A stretch of DNA of 58,564 nucleotides from Deltaproteobacteria bacterium (lineage in GTDB: Bacteria > Desulfobacterota > Desulfuromonadia > Geobacterales > Pseudopelobacteraceae). The notes beneath the pieces are model-generated. The model did no database searches. It saw only the letters and a program-made list of their open reading frames with translations, and was not told where the DNA came from. Location of the stretch: positions 1-58,564 of the forward strand of contig JACMKN010000093.1 in the NCBI GenBank assembly GCA_014380135.1, written 5' to 3'. Positions within the stretch are counted from its first letter, which is position 1. Each line of letters opens with the position of its first letter. This document shows, in pieces, positions 20,029 through 30,238 of this stretch. The translations under genes were made by a program, and so were the position numbers.

Positions 20029-22689
20029 ATGGACGTTATCACCACCCACATCAATGCCGATTTCGACTGTCTGGGAGCCATGACCGCCGCGGCCCGCCTG
20101 TACCCCGGCGCGCTGATTTCCTTTCCCGGATCACAGGAAAAGGGTGTGCGTGATTTTATAGGGCGCCACCCGGACTTTCTGCCGCCCATTACTCGCGCCA
20201 AAGATATCAATCTGGATGCGATCAGCCGGCTGATCATCGTGGATTGCCAGCATGCCGCCCGCATCGGCCGTTTTGCGGGTATCCTCGGTCGCTCCGGCCT
20301 TGAAGTACATATCTACGATCACCATCCCGTGACGAGTGAAAGCATCCGGCCGAGCGGGGGGACGCTCTCCAGCTGCGGTTCGGCCTCGACGCTGTTGTCG
20401 GTTCTGCTGATGGAGCGGGCTATTCTGCTGACTCCGCAAGAGGCCACCCTGGTCATGCTCGGAATCCACGAGGATACCGGCCGGCTGCTGTTTGCATCCA
20501 CAACACCCGAAGATTACCGCGCGGCAGCCTGGCTGTTGGGGCAGGGCGCCCTGCTCGGCATAGTCGGTGAGGCGTTGACGCCCGAATTGAACAAGGCCCA
20601 GATGGGGCTTTTGAGGCAGCTGCTGTCAACTCTCAGGACGACTTCGATCAACGGAATTGTCGTCTCGATTGCGCACGCCTCCTGCGACCATTATATCGGC
20701 GATATCGCCTCGCTGGTGCATCTGATACGGGATATGGAGAATCTGGATGCCCTGTTCGTGGTGGTCGCCATGGAAGAACACGTTTACCTGGTGGCCCGCA
20801 GCCATGTGCCGGAAGTCAATGTCGGTGAGATCATGAAGCGTTTTCACGGCGGCGGCCACGCCACGGCCGCCTCGGCCGCCGTTCACAACCAGCCGCTGCA
20901 GCAGGTGCTGGAACAGCTTGAGGAACTTCTGCTGTTCTCGGTTAGCTCACAGGTGCTGGCCTCCGATCTGATGTCGGCGCCGGTCAAGACGATGTCTGAT
21001 TCGGTTGACATCACCGAGGCGCGCGATCTGCTGACCCGCTATAACTGCAACGCCATGCCGGTCATGGCCGGAGAGCGGATGGTCGGCATCATCTCTCGCA
21101 AGATCGTCGAAAAGGCGCTCTACCACGGCCTGGGTGAATCTCCGGTAACCGATTTCATGCATACCGAGTATCTTCAGGCCGCTCCCGATACGCCTCTGTC
21201 GGATATCCAGGAATATATGGTGGGGGGCAATCGCCGTTTTGTACCGATTTTTGACGGCCAACGGCTGGCGGGGGCGGTAACGCGCACCGACCTGCTGCGC
21301 CATATCTATGGCGGCCGCCCCGGTCAGAGCGAGTCGCTCTATGATGTTGAATCGCTGCAGGTTCCGACCCGCAGCCGTTCGGTGCTGGGACTGCTTGGCA
21401 AACGGCTTGCCGAAGACAGGCGCCTGTCCCTGCGCAAGCTGGGCGAGATCGGCGACGAACTGGGTCTGCCGGTTTATGCGGTGGGTGGTTTCGTGCGCGA
21501 CCTGCTGTTGGGGATCGACAATCTGGATATCGACGTTACGGTCGATGGAGATGGCATTTTTTTCGCCGAGCGCTTTGCCGAGCGCTATGGCTGCCGCGTG
21601 CGCAGTCACAGGAAATTCGGTACGGCCGTGCTGGTCTTCCCCGACGGACGCAAGATCGATGTGGCCAGCACCCGTCTGGAATACTACGAGTCGCCCGGGG
21701 CGCTGCCGACCGTCGAGCGCGCTTCGCTCCGCCAGGACCTGTACCGGCGCGACTTTACGATAAATACGCTGGCGCTCTGTATCAACAGCGGCAAATTCGG
21801 TCGCCTGACCGATCATTTCGCCGGGCAGCAGGATATCCAGGAACGTGTTGTCAGAGTTTTGCACAACCTGTCGTTTGTGGAGGATCCGACCCGCGTTTTC
21901 CGGGCCATCCGCTTCGAGCAGCGTCTCGGCTTTCATATTGCGCTGCATACCGAGAAGCTGATCCGCAGTGCGGTGCGGATGCATCTGCTCGACAAACTGG
22001 GAGGGGAGCGTCTCTTCAGCGAACTGGTTCAGATCCTGCGCGAAAAGGAACCGACGGCTGCCATCGGGCGCATGTCTTCATTGGGGCTCTTGCCGTTCAT
22101 TCATCCGGCCCTGAAGCTGGTTCCGGCCACGGAGCGGGTGCTGCGCGAAGCAGGACAAGTCATGGCCTGGTTCAGGCTGCTGTATCTGGATGATCCTTGC
22201 GAGCAGTGGCAGGTCTATCTGCTGGCCATGTTCGATGGCCTCAAGCCGGATGAATTCATCGATGCCTGTCGGCGTCTGGCGGTTCCGGGGCGTTTTGCAA
22301 CCCAGCTGCAAGACCAGCGCTGCCTAGTGCGTAAAACGCTGGATGCCGTCAAGAGGCGCCTGAAGCATACTTCCGATGTGCGTAACAGCGAGCTGTTTGC
22401 CTGGTTCAGTGTATTTTCACTGGAAATGCTGCTGTATCTGGCATCCCGGGCCAGCAGCGAGCAGGTCCGGCGCTTTGTTTCGCTCTATCTGACACGGCTG
22501 CGGGGAATTGCCCCGCTGCTTGACGGCGATGACCTGCGTGATCTCGGACTGCAGCCCGGGCCGCAGTTCGGCCGCATCAAGGAGCGCTTGCTGCAGGCGA
22601 AGCTGGATGGAGAGGTGGAGAACCGCGAAGATGAGCTGGCCCTGGTTCGTTCCCTGATTACGCGATTCAACCGGGCGACTGTGTCGTAA
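20029..22689 (+). CDS. Fusion protein: DHH/DHHA1 phosphoesterase, CBS pair, and class II tRNA nucleotidyltransferase / poly(A) polymerase domain
   Basis: DHH motif IYDHHP, DHHA1 motif GGGHATAASA, two CBS repeats, then VYAVGGFVRDLLLG..DIDVTV and RDFTINTLA nucleotidyltransferase motifs. Confidence 0.88.
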   Translation: MDVITTHINADFDCLGAMTAAARLYPGALISFPGSQEKGVRDFIGRHPDFLPPITRAKDINLDAISRLIIVDCQHAARIGRFAGILGRSGLEVHIYDHHPVTSESIRPSGGTLSSCGSASTLLSVLLMERAILLTPQEATLVMLGIHEDTGRLLFASTTPEDYRAAAWLLGQGALLGIVGEALTPELNKAQMGLLRQLLSTLRTTSINGIVVSIAHASCDHYIGDIASLVHLIRDMENLDALFVVVAMEEHVYLVARSHVPEVNVGEIMKRFHGGGHATAASAAVHNQPLQQVLEQLEELLLFSVSSQVLASDLMSAPVKTMSDSVDITEARDLLTRYNCNAMPVMAGERMVGIISRKIVEKALYHGLGESPVTDFMHTEYLQAAPDTPLSDIQEYMVGGNRRFVPIFDGQRLAGAVTRTDLLRHIYGGRPGQSESLYDVESLQVPTRSRSVLGLLGKRLAEDRRLSLRKLGEIGDELGLPVYAVGGFVRDLLLGIDNLDIDVTVDGDGIFFAERFAERYGCRVRSHRKFGTAVLVFPDGRKIDVASTRLEYYESPGALPTVERASLRQDLYRRDFTINTLALCINSGKFGRLTDHFAGQQDIQERVVRVLHNLSFVEDPTRVFRAIRFEQRLGFHIALHTEKLIRSAVRMHLLDKLGGERLFSELVQILREKEPTAAIGRMSSLGLLPFIHPALKLVPATERVLREAGQVMAWFRLLYLDDPCEQWQVYLLAMFDGLKPDEFIDACRRLAVPGRFATQLQDQRCLVRKTLDAVKRRLKHTSDVRNSELFAWFSVFSLEMLLYLASRASSEQVRRFVSLYLTRLRGIAPLLDGDDLRDLGLQPGPQFGRIKERLLQAKLDGEVENREDELALVRSLITRFNRATVS

Positions 22690-22879
22690 ATGCAACAGCG
22701 TGGTTGCTTGAACCGATTCCGAAATTGCCTTTATTTGTCGCTGATAAGCTGCAATATTGGTCATAAGTTTCCGAAATATGGTACTTGTTGATTGCGGCAG
22801 GCAGTGCTGCCCATTGGTTGGCGTGCTTTTTGCTGTAAAATGCGAGAAATTCAAATTGAAGCTTGTGAGGTTGACAAAT

Positions 22880-23272
22880 ATGAAACGGATTAACCGGATG
22901 GCTGCAGTTGTGATCTGCATATCTTTCTTGTCGGCGGCCTCGTCTGCCCATGCGGCTGACAGCACGCTCCGTGAAGTATTTGAGGATGCCTTCTATGGCG
23001 CCGGTATCGGTGCGCTGGTGGGCGGCGCCATCCTGGCTTTTACCAATAAGCCTGCTGACCATCTGGATTATATCGGTTATGGCGCAGCCTCAGGTGTCCT
23101 GGCCGGTACGGCCTTTGGTCTGGCAAAGTCAGCCCGCGCGCTGGCTGAAATCAATAATGGCCGGGTCAGGATTGCCGTTCCGACCATCATCCCAAATTTG
23201 GTAGAGTCCCCAGCCTCCCGGCAGACCACGGTCATGTGGCATGCCAGTCTCTTGCGGGGTACGTTCAATTAA
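22880..23272 (+). CDS. Small secreted protein with glycine-zipper segments
   Basis: Signal peptide MKRINRMAAVVICISFLSAASSAHA, then GAGIGALVGGAILAF and GYGAASGVLAGTAFGLA. I chose the ATG at 22880 within the longer ORF 22757-23272. Confidence 0.6.
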   Translation: MKRINRMAAVVICISFLSAASSAHAADSTLREVFEDAFYGAGIGALVGGAILAFTNKPADHLDYIGYGAASGVLAGTAFGLAKSARALAEINNGRVRIAVPTIIPNLVESPASRQTTVMWHASLLRGTFN

Positions 23273-23297
23273 TTCATAATACTTGCAAAACCACCGT

Positions 23298-23332
23298 AAA
23301 GCCCGCTGTCGAAATGCAGCGGGCTTTTTTAT
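23298..23332 (+). terminator. Intrinsic terminator
   Basis: AAAGCCCGCTG (23298-308) pairs with CAGCGGGCTTT (23317-27), followed by a T-run. Confidence 0.7.
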
Positions 23333-23395
23333 TTGCGTCGGCATGCCCGCAGCGTTTATAACATGCGGCATATTTCATCGATCAAGGGGGTACTC

Positions 23396-23710
23396 ATGTC
23401 GGAGTTTGCAAATGTGACAGTTGTAAAGAAGGCCAATATCTATTTTGGCGGTAACGTAACAAGCCATACGGTTCTGTTCGCCGATGGCAGCAAAAAGACG
23501 TTGGGAGTCATGCAGGCGGGAGAATACGAGTTTTCCACCGGAGCAACAGAAGTGATGGAAATCCTGTCGGGCGAACTGGAATGGCAGATGAAGGGGGCTG
23601 CCGGCTGGAAAAAGATTGTCGGCGGTCAGTCGTTTGATGTACCGGCCAATTCCACCTTCCTGATGAAGGTCGCAACCGTTTCGGATTACTGCTGCTCTTT
23701 TGTTGATTAG
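23396..23710 (+). CDS. ppnP: Pyrimidine/purine nucleoside phosphorylase PpnP (DUF1255, YaiE-like cupin)
   Basis: ANIYFGGNVTSHTV...GVMQAGEYEFSTGATEVMEILSGEL...DYCCSF aligns by eye with E. coli YaiE. AAGGGGG RBS upstream. Confidence 0.88.
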   Translation: MSEFANVTVVKKANIYFGGNVTSHTVLFADGSKKTLGVMQAGEYEFSTGATEVMEILSGELEWQMKGAAGWKKIVGGQSFDVPANSTFLMKVATVSDYCCSFVD

Positions 23711-23718
23711 ATCCACTG

Positions 23719-24651
23719 GTGTCGGAGACATCACCTCACCAGATAATTGGCCGCTTTGCCCCGTCGCCAACCGGCTGTCTGCACACCGGTTCGCTGGTGG
23801 CGGCCGTCGGAAGCTATCTGATGGCAAAGCGTGCCGGCGGCCGCTGGCTGCTGCGCATTGACGACCTGGACGCTCCCCGCCAGGTGGCAGGGATGGACGA
23901 TGATATCATGAGGACGCTGGAGTCGTTCGGCCTGTTTTGGGACGGACAGGTTGCCCGCCAGAGCCGGCATCTGGACCACTACCGCCAGGCTTTTGATCTG
24001 TTGCGCCACAAGGACCTTCTCTATCCCTGCGGCTGTTCACGCAAGGAGATCGCCCTGGCCGCTTCGGCTCCCCATCCCGACGATGACTGCGTTCCCTATT
24101 CCGGCAGTTGCCGGACCGGCATGAAGGCGGGTGCCGTCGTGCGCTCCTGGCGCATTCGGGTGCCGGAAGACGAAGTCTGTTTCCGCGACCTGCGGCGTGG
24201 CCATATCTGTCAGAACCTGGCCGACGTATGCGGGGATTTCGCAGTCAGGCGGGCAGAGTGTGATTATCTTTATCAGTTGGCGGTGGTGGTGGATGACGCT
24301 CTGGCGGGTGTGACCCAGGTGGTGCGGGGGGATGACCTGCTTTCTTCGACTCCCCGGCAGATATATTTGCTGCGCATGCTGGGGATGCCCCAGCCGGAAT
24401 ATTGTCATCTGCCGCTGCTGGCAGGCCCGGACGGCGCCAAATTGAGCAAGCGCGACAACCTGATCTCGCAGCAACCGGGAAGCTTGAAAGGGCAGGAGGG
24501 ACAGCTGCTTCTGGCCGTGCTTCGTTTTCTCGGTCAGAACCCTCCAGCCGAACTGGCGGGTTCTGAATGTCAGGATATTCTTGGATGGGGGATCGCTTGT
24601 TTCGATACTGCCCTACTACCGGCACAGGGCGGGGTGTTGCAGGTTCAGTAA
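23719..24651 (+). CDS. gluQ: Glutamyl-Q tRNA(Asp) synthetase
   Basis: GRFAPSPTGCLHTGSL class I signature, LRIDDLD, and KLSKRD. At 310 aa it has no anticodon-binding domain. GTG start. Confidence 0.9.
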   Translation: MSETSPHQIIGRFAPSPTGCLHTGSLVAAVGSYLMAKRAGGRWLLRIDDLDAPRQVAGMDDDIMRTLESFGLFWDGQVARQSRHLDHYRQAFDLLRHKDLLYPCGCSRKEIALAASAPHPDDDCVPYSGSCRTGMKAGAVVRSWRIRVPEDEVCFRDLRRGHICQNLADVCGDFAVRRAECDYLYQLAVVVDDALAGVTQVVRGDDLLSSTPRQIYLLRMLGMPQPEYCHLPLLAGPDGAKLSKRDNLISQQPGSLKGQEGQLLLAVLRFLGQNPPAELAGSECQDILGWGIACFDTALLPAQGGVLQVQ

Positions 24652-25190
24652 GGTTTTCTGGGCTCTCCGGTGTCTGGTCCGGGGGGGCGCAGCATCAGTT
24701 TGCCATCTGTGACCTGATTTTGATAGGGGTTGTTCGGGTAGGTGGCGAAAGGCTCGGACGTTCTAAACAAACGCAGCTCTTTTATCGAAAGCAGCGGATA
24801 GGGATAATCGACACTCTCCAGCTTTTGAACCTTTTTACCCCGGATCTCTCCGATAATCGTAACGAGTTTGCCGGGGCGGTAGATCACAGGATCAATCAGT
24901 TCACTGCTGACCGCCAGGAATCTTCCACCGGATGGGGACGATTCATCCGGCACACCGTTATTAAACAGTTCCAGTTGAGCCACTTCCAGCATTATCACGT
25001 CACCGCTGCTTTGAGTGCCGGCTATGATTCCGCCGATCAGAACTGTTTTACCGGCCAGCATCTCAGGATTTTTCTTCAGATCGGCATATGCCAATGAACG
25101 ATCGGCAAGTTTCAGACCCGCCTCACTCATGACATGGGCACAGCCTCCCAACAGGGCCGTCAAAGAAACCAGCAATAAAAATATTTTCAT
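24645..25190 (-). CDS. Slp-family outer membrane lipoprotein
   Basis: Lipobox LLGGC after the signal peptide, and an Slp-like core (GKTVLIGGII..., GGRFLAVSSELIDPVIYRPGKLVTIIGEIRG). I chose the ATG at 25190 (GGGGG RBS). Confidence 0.72.
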   Translation of the reverse strand: MKIFLLLVSLTALLGGCAHVMSEAGLKLADRSLAYADLKKNPEMLAGKTVLIGGIIAGTQSSGDVIMLEVAQLELFNNGVPDESSPSGGRFLAVSSELIDPVIYRPGKLVTIIGEIRGKKVQKLESVDYPYPLLSIKELRLFRTSEPFATYPNNPYQNQVTDGKLMLRPPGPDTGEPRKPY

Positions 25191-25281
25191 TATCAAAGCC
25201 CCCATCGATCATCACCAACGTGATGGCTGCATGTCCGTTCTGTCCACGAGCGATGTTAGTTAATGCACTGATCGAGCCAAA

Positions 25282-26310
25282 TTACGTGGAAGAATGGCTT
25301 TCCCAATAAAAGCGCAGGGCGCGCTCCCCGGACTGGAAGTCCTCCAGATCAATTTCCAGATCAGGCGTCCAGGGACGGTGCTTGTAATAAAGCTTGTCAT
25401 AGTACTGTTCGATCAGACCGCGTGCCACTCCAGCTATATCCCACTGCTCAAGCATCCCTTTCAGTTCGGCGTAGTGAGTGCCGCCCAGTTTTTTCCTGAT
25501 CCGTTCCAGCGCTTCCGCCATCGGCTCCCGATATTCCTGGTGGGCATATTCTTCTGTCAGACGTGCTACCCGCGTATCAGCCGACACATTGCACCAGACT
25601 TTACAGCTGGCAGCCATGACATTATAAAAGTTGCCCGGCAGCGTTATCCGTCCGATGCGCTGGCTTTCCCCTTCCAGAACAATCGGCTTGTCGGACGGGG
25701 CCTGGCGCAGGTTATCCCACAACATGGTATCAAATCGCTTCTGAGTCGGCTGATCTCCGAGTCCAAGTGATCCGAAGGCAGAACCGCGATGGCGTGCCAG
25801 ACCTTCCAGATCGATGGTTGTCCAGATGCTGCTTTCAAGGCCATTGATAAAGGTTGTCTTGCCATTGCCGGTCATGCCGTGGATCACTATCAACGGCGCC
25901 GGAGGGGTGAAATCCTCAAAGTATGATGTCACCTTATTGCGAAAGGCTTTATAACCTCCGCTCAGCTGTACGACCGGGTGGCCGCAACTCTCGATCAATA
26001 TAGCCATCGACAGGCTGCGTAATCCGCCCCGCCAACAGTATACCAGGATCGGGCGACCAGCGGCATGGGCAATCGCTTCACGGGACATGGCGGCAAATCT
26101 GGCGCAGGTCAGCTCCATTCCACGCATGCGGGCCTGCTGCGGACCCTGTTGCTTATGGATCGTACCGACCTCGACCCGTTCCTCGTTGGACAGAATCGGG
26201 ACATTGCAGGCGCCCGGCAGGTGGTCTTCGGCAAATTCGAGTGGAGTCCGGACGTCAATGATACAGTGGCTGTCCAGCAATGCAGGGGTAAATGCTACTT
26301 TTTCAGGCAT
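25282..26310 (-). CDS. selU: tRNA 2-selenouridine synthase
   Basis: N-terminal rhodanese domain with CWRGGLRS, followed by the P-loop GMTGNGKTT. This is YbbB/MnmH architecture. Confidence 0.9.
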   Translation of the reverse strand: MPEKVAFTPALLDSHCIIDVRTPLEFAEDHLPGACNVPILSNEERVEVGTIHKQQGPQQARMRGMELTCARFAAMSREAIAHAAGRPILVYCWRGGLRSLSMAILIESCGHPVVQLSGGYKAFRNKVTSYFEDFTPPAPLIVIHGMTGNGKTTFINGLESSIWTTIDLEGLARHRGSAFGSLGLGDQPTQKRFDTMLWDNLRQAPSDKPIVLEGESQRIGRITLPGNFYNVMAASCKVWCNVSADTRVARLTEEYAHQEYREPMAEALERIRKKLGGTHYAELKGMLEQWDIAGVARGLIEQYYDKLYYKHRPWTPDLEIDLEDFQSGERALRFYWESHSST

Positions 26311-26483
26311 GATTTCAGATTCTCCGAGACGGCCATTATAGGTGACACACTCGTCGCTGGCAACAGAAACTGTTCGTGTTTACACCTTGATTATGCACTG
26401 CTTGCATGGTATTTATATCCGTCGCGCACGGATTTACAGCGCCGAGGCGCTATAATACCAATACTGCAGCCGAGGAGGAAAGA

Positions 26484-27461
26484 ATGGAAAAGCAGAAGGT
26501 TCATTACCGCGAGTTAGGACTGTCCAACACAAGGGAAATGTTTACCAAGGCGATGGCCGGAAAATATGCGATACCTGCCTATAACTTCAATAACCTGGAG
26601 CAGCTTCAGGCAATAGTGACCGCCTGCGTCGAGACAAATTCACCGGTCATCATTCAGGTTTCCAAGGGCGCCCGCAGCTATGCCAACGAAACCATGCTGC
26701 GCTGCATGGCGATGGGGGCGGTTCAGATGGCTCGCGAAGCCGGCTCCAGCATTCCAATCTGCCTGCATCTTGATCATGGTGACACTTTTGAACTGTGCAA
26801 ATCCTGTATAGACAGCGGCTTTTCCTCGGTCATGATCGACGGCTCACATCTGCCATATGAGGAAAACGTGGCACTCGCTAAAAAGGTTGCCGACTATGCC
26901 CACCAGTTTGACGTCACCGTGGAAGCCGAACTGGGAGTTCTGGCAGGTATCGAAGACGAGGTCTCTGCCGAGCATTCCACCTATACCAAGCCGGAAGAGG
27001 TGGAAGACTTTGTCAAAAAAACCGGAGTCGATTCGCTGGCTATTTCGATCGGAACCAGCCACGGCGCCTACAAGTTCAAGGCCGGTCAGCCGGTTCCACC
27101 GCTGCGGTTTGATATCCTGGAGGAGTGCGAGAAGCGCATCCCCGGTTTTCCGATTGTTCTGCACGGCGCATCGTCGGTGGTGCGGGAATATGTAGACCTG
27201 ATCAACCAGTACGGCGGCCAGCTGGAAGGCGCCGTCGGCATTCCCGAAGAACAGCTGCGTCAGGCCGCCGCCAGCGCGGTCTGCAAGATCAATATCGATT
27301 CCGATGGCCGCCTGGCCGTGACCGCCAAGATTCGTGAATATTTTGCCAAGGATCCCAAGGAATTTGATCCCCGCAAGTATCTGGGAGAGGCCCGCAAGGA
27401 GCTTGTCAAACTCGTCAAGCACAAAAATGAGGCCGTGCTCGGTTCGGCCGGCAAGGCGTAA
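26484..27461 (+). CDS. fba: Class II fructose-1,6-bisphosphate aldolase
   Basis: YAIPAYNFNNLEQLQA, LHLDHGD and SIGTSHGAYKF motifs. I chose the ATG at 26484 behind GAGGAGGAA. Confidence 0.93.
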   Translation: MEKQKVHYRELGLSNTREMFTKAMAGKYAIPAYNFNNLEQLQAIVTACVETNSPVIIQVSKGARSYANETMLRCMAMGAVQMAREAGSSIPICLHLDHGDTFELCKSCIDSGFSSVMIDGSHLPYEENVALAKKVADYAHQFDVTVEAELGVLAGIEDEVSAEHSTYTKPEEVEDFVKKTGVDSLAISIGTSHGAYKFKAGQPVPPLRFDILEECEKRIPGFPIVLHGASSVVREYVDLINQYGGQLEGAVGIPEEQLRQAAASAVCKINIDSDGRLAVTAKIREYFAKDPKEFDPRKYLGEARKELVKLVKHKNEAVLGSAGKA

Positions 27462-27594
27462 CGCAGCAGTCGTCCCTGTCCGTCAGCCGTGAAATGCCTG
27501 CGGCCGTCGGACACGGCCGGCGATGCAGCAGTGCAGTAAGTGTCAGCTCCGTATTTATCCCTGTATTTTGGCATGTAACTATGGGAGGTGTTGG

Positions 27595-27969
27595 ATGAGT
27601 ACCCGTAAATTCTCTCGTGTACATTTTAATGTTGAGGCCACCATCAAGGCCGTTGACCGCTCGTTTCAGGGGGCAGTGGAAAATCTCAGCATGACCGGCA
27701 TGTTTCTGGTGACCAGTGAACGGCTGGCCCTGGGAGAAACGGTTGACATCACGATCATCCTTACAGGTACCTCGCCGGAGATTGCGGTCAATTTCAGCGG
27801 AAAAGTTTCCCGGATAGTCGAAAACGGCCTGGGCTTTGTTTTTGAAAAGATCGATCTGGACTCGTATCTGCACCTCAAAAATATTGTTGCCTACAATATT
27901 GACGATGCTGAAAAAGTCATGGAAGAAATCTGCCATTCCATCGATGAAAAACTTGCTGTGGAGCGGTAA
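27595..27969 (+). CDS. PilZ domain protein (predicted c-di-GMP receptor)
   Basis: RKFSR (RxxxR) and NLSMTG (D/NxSxxG) motifs at canonical spacing. GGGAGG RBS. Confidence 0.78.
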   Translation: MSTRKFSRVHFNVEATIKAVDRSFQGAVENLSMTGMFLVTSERLALGETVDITIILTGTSPEIAVNFSGKVSRIVENGLGFVFEKIDLDSYLHLKNIVAYNIDDAEKVMEEICHSIDEKLAVER

Positions 27970-27985
27970 TGCGGAGGAGACGACC

Positions 27986-29977
27986 ATGAAGTACGGCATC
28001 ACAAAAAAAAGATCGACACTGTTTTCGGTTGGCGGGTTTCTGCTGGGCGTGAATGCTCCCCTCGGCTGGATTGCCATCCGGATCACGTTCTTCTACGACC
28101 CCAAGCAAAGTTTTTTCGGGCAGATAATTTCGGATATAGTCAAGGACGGCGAGCACTTTGCTCTGTACAACTACATCGGAGCCGGCACAGCCGTCGTCAT
28201 GTCGGTTCTGGGTTACATGATCGGCAAAAATGGTGATGAACTGCACGAGCGGGCGGCCGAACTGGATGTGCTTCATCAGGAAGTTGCTGAACAGAAGGAG
28301 GTATTTGAAAACCGTTACAAGGTTCTGGACAGAAATATAAAGAACTTTCACCAGATCAGCAGCAAGATCCAGATGTCGCTCAATCTGGAGGAGATTCTGC
28401 TGCTATGCGCCGAAGGACTTCACGAGGTTCTGGGCTACGAGCGGGTCAATATCATGATGGCTGAGGATGGTAAATTTCTGCGGTTCGTTACTGCCATCGG
28501 TACCGATGAGTTTGATACCAAAGGCGTAGTGTTGCCGCTTGATCCCAGTATTGGCGTGATTTATAAATGTTTTGCCGAGCGCAAGGTCTATTTGATAGAT
28601 GATATATCCCACTATCCGTCGGATTATCATCTGCAGTCCCCCTACAACAATCTGGCTCCGCTGCGTTCAAAAAGCTTTGTGCTTTGTCCGATTGTGGTCA
28701 AGGGCGAGGCGATCGGGGCCTTTGGCATCGACAACAAGAACAGTCGCCGCTCTCTTAACGATTCCGACGTCGATACGATCATGCTTTTTGCAGATCAGGT
28801 CGCCTCGGCCATAACCCGCATAAACCTGCTGACATCCATCGATACTCTGACAACGGAGATGGAAAGCTCTTTCTCATTTCTGTTGGGAAGCCGTGAACAG
28901 TTTTCCAACAACGTATTCCACCTGAAAAGCGGTGTCGATTCGGTCGCCGACGGTACCGCAATTATTGCATCGGCTTCAGAAGGGGTCATGGTAGAGGTCG
29001 ATCAGACCAGTACCGCCGTAAACGAAATATCCGTTGCGATAGAGCAGGTTACCCGCAACCTGGACTATCTGGCGGGAATTGTTCACCAATCCGCGGCAGC
29101 GATGGAACAGATCAACAGTACCATCAGTAATGTGGAGCAGAACGCAGCCATATCCCATGAAGTCTCGACCCAGATGAAGCTGCAGGCCGACGAAAGCCGG
29201 ATCGTGGTTGAAAAGACAGTCGAAGCCCTGGACGAAATCCAGCATTCAGTCGGCGTTTCCTATGATGCCATCCAGCGCCTGGCTGAAGACAGCACCCGCA
29301 TTGAAAATATCATCAGTGTCATTAATGATATAACCAAGCGCACCAATCTGCTGGCATTGAACGCTTCCATCATAGCGGCCCAGGCCGGCGAGTACGGAAA
29401 AAGTTTCGGCGTCGTGGCTGATGAGATTCGCAACCTGTCACTCCAGACCGGCCATTCAACCGGCGAGATAACTTCGATCATCGAAGAGATCATGAGCGAA
29501 TCCAGGACCGCTGCCAATAACATTACGGCCACCAGGGATCTGGTTCATCGCGGAGTCGAACTGGGGCATTCCACCGGTGAATCGCTGAAGGCGATCTATG
29601 ATCGTTCGGCCTGTTCGCTTGAGATGACTCAACAGATCAAACAGGCTACCCAGGAGCAGGTTGCCAGTGTGCAGCTTGTCGCCCGTTCCATGGAGGACAT
29701 CAGTTCCATGACCACCCAAATCTTTGCCGCGTCCAGCGACCAGGCCAAAGCCACCAAATCCATTGCCCGCTCTGTTGAAACCATCAAGGATATGACTCAC
29801 GAAATGGTGACTTCCACTACGCGCCAGGTGGAAGATGGCGCGATGATCCGCAGCACCGTCGAGTCGGTTAGTGCAATGGTAGCCGAGATGTTCGACAATA
29901 TGGAGAAACGTCGTGCCCAGAGCGCAGAAGTGGTCAAAGAGCTGGAATCGATGAAGAACCTGACCTGCCAGATTTAG
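27986..29977 (+). CDS. Methyl-accepting chemotaxis protein with membrane hairpin and cytoplasmic GAF domain
   Basis: Two N-terminal TM segments, a GAF-like region, and the MCP signalling hairpin [38 protein letters not shown] at 27986 behind GGAGGAG. Confidence 0.88.
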   Translation: MKYGITKKRSTLFSVGGFLLGVNAPLGWIAIRITFFYDPKQSFFGQIISDIVKDGEHFALYNYIGAGTAVVMSVLGYMIGKNGDELHERAAELDVLHQEVAEQKEVFENRYKVLDRNIKNFHQISSKIQMSLNLEEILLLCAEGLHEVLGYERVNIMMAEDGKFLRFVTAIGTDEFDTKGVVLPLDPSIGVIYKCFAERKVYLIDDISHYPSDYHLQSPYNNLAPLRSKSFVLCPIVVKGEAIGAFGIDNKNSRRSLNDSDVDTIMLFADQVASAITRINLLTSIDTLTTEMESSFSFLLGSREQFSNNVFHLKSGVDSVADGTAIIASASEGVMVEVDQTSTAVNEISVAIEQVTRNLDYLAGIVHQSAAAMEQINSTISNVEQNAAISHEVSTQMKLQADESRIVVEKTVEALDEIQHSVGVSYDAIQRLAEDSTRIENIISVINDITKRTNLLALNASIIAAQAGEYGKSFGVVADEIRNLSLQTGHSTGEITSIIEEIMSESRTAANNITATRDLVHRGVELGHSTGESLKAIYDRSACSLEMTQQIKQATQEQVASVQLVARSMEDISSMTTQIFAASSDQAKATKSIARSVETIKDMTHEMVTSTTRQVEDGAMIRSTVESVSAMVAEMFDNMEKRRAQSAEVVKELESMKNLTCQI

Positions 29978-30037
29978 CCTGTAGGAAGCTTTTCCATGAT
30001 TCAAGATTTATTAATAAAATGTATGGATAAAAATAAT

Positions 30038-30238
30038 CGTCTCTGATACTGTGAGCGCCTTGCCAAGACGGCTACCCCTTGCGGGAGTTGATCAATCAAT
30101 GGCGAGGGAGCAAAACTGTATACCGCACGGATTCGTTGGTGAACCGGGACGGAAGGGATAGCCCATCAGGGACGCACATGCTTGATATGTGCATAACTGT
30201 CCGTTCACAGCGCGCCCACCGGCGCGTTTTTGTTTTTG
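30038..30238 (+). promoter_or_regulatory. Structured leader RNA with intrinsic terminator upstream of panBCD (candidate riboswitch or attenuator, possibly the pan motif)
   Basis: Several helices can be paired by eye, and the region ends in a terminator about 40 nt before the panB RBS (see finding). Confidence 0.4.
30209..30238 (+). terminator. Intrinsic terminator inside the panB leader
   Basis: CGCGCC (30211-16) pairs with GGCGCG (30221-26) around loop CACC, followed by TTTTTGTTTTT. Confidence 0.7.

Noticed and set aside
24645-24651. A 7-nt convergent overlap of the gluQ and slp 3' ends.
   Set aside because: This is ordinary compact gene packing, with no additional signal.
25282-26310. selU presence prompted a look for in-frame TGA (selenocysteine) genes or split ORFs in the window.
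   Set aside because: All gene models are continuous. No adjacent same-frame ORF pairs separated by a single TGA were seen, and no SECIS-like hairpin context was found.
30100-30180. Partial resemblance of the pan leader (GGTGAACCGGGACGGAAGGGATAGCCC) to SRP RNA domain IV, the cobalamin riboswitch core or GEMM-I.
   Set aside because: The diagnostic elements are missing: the B12 box GCCACTG, the SRP GGAA tetraloop with flanking AGCA symmetric loop, and GEMM GGCAAACC...GACGCAAAGCC. The similarity is limited to short G-rich strings.
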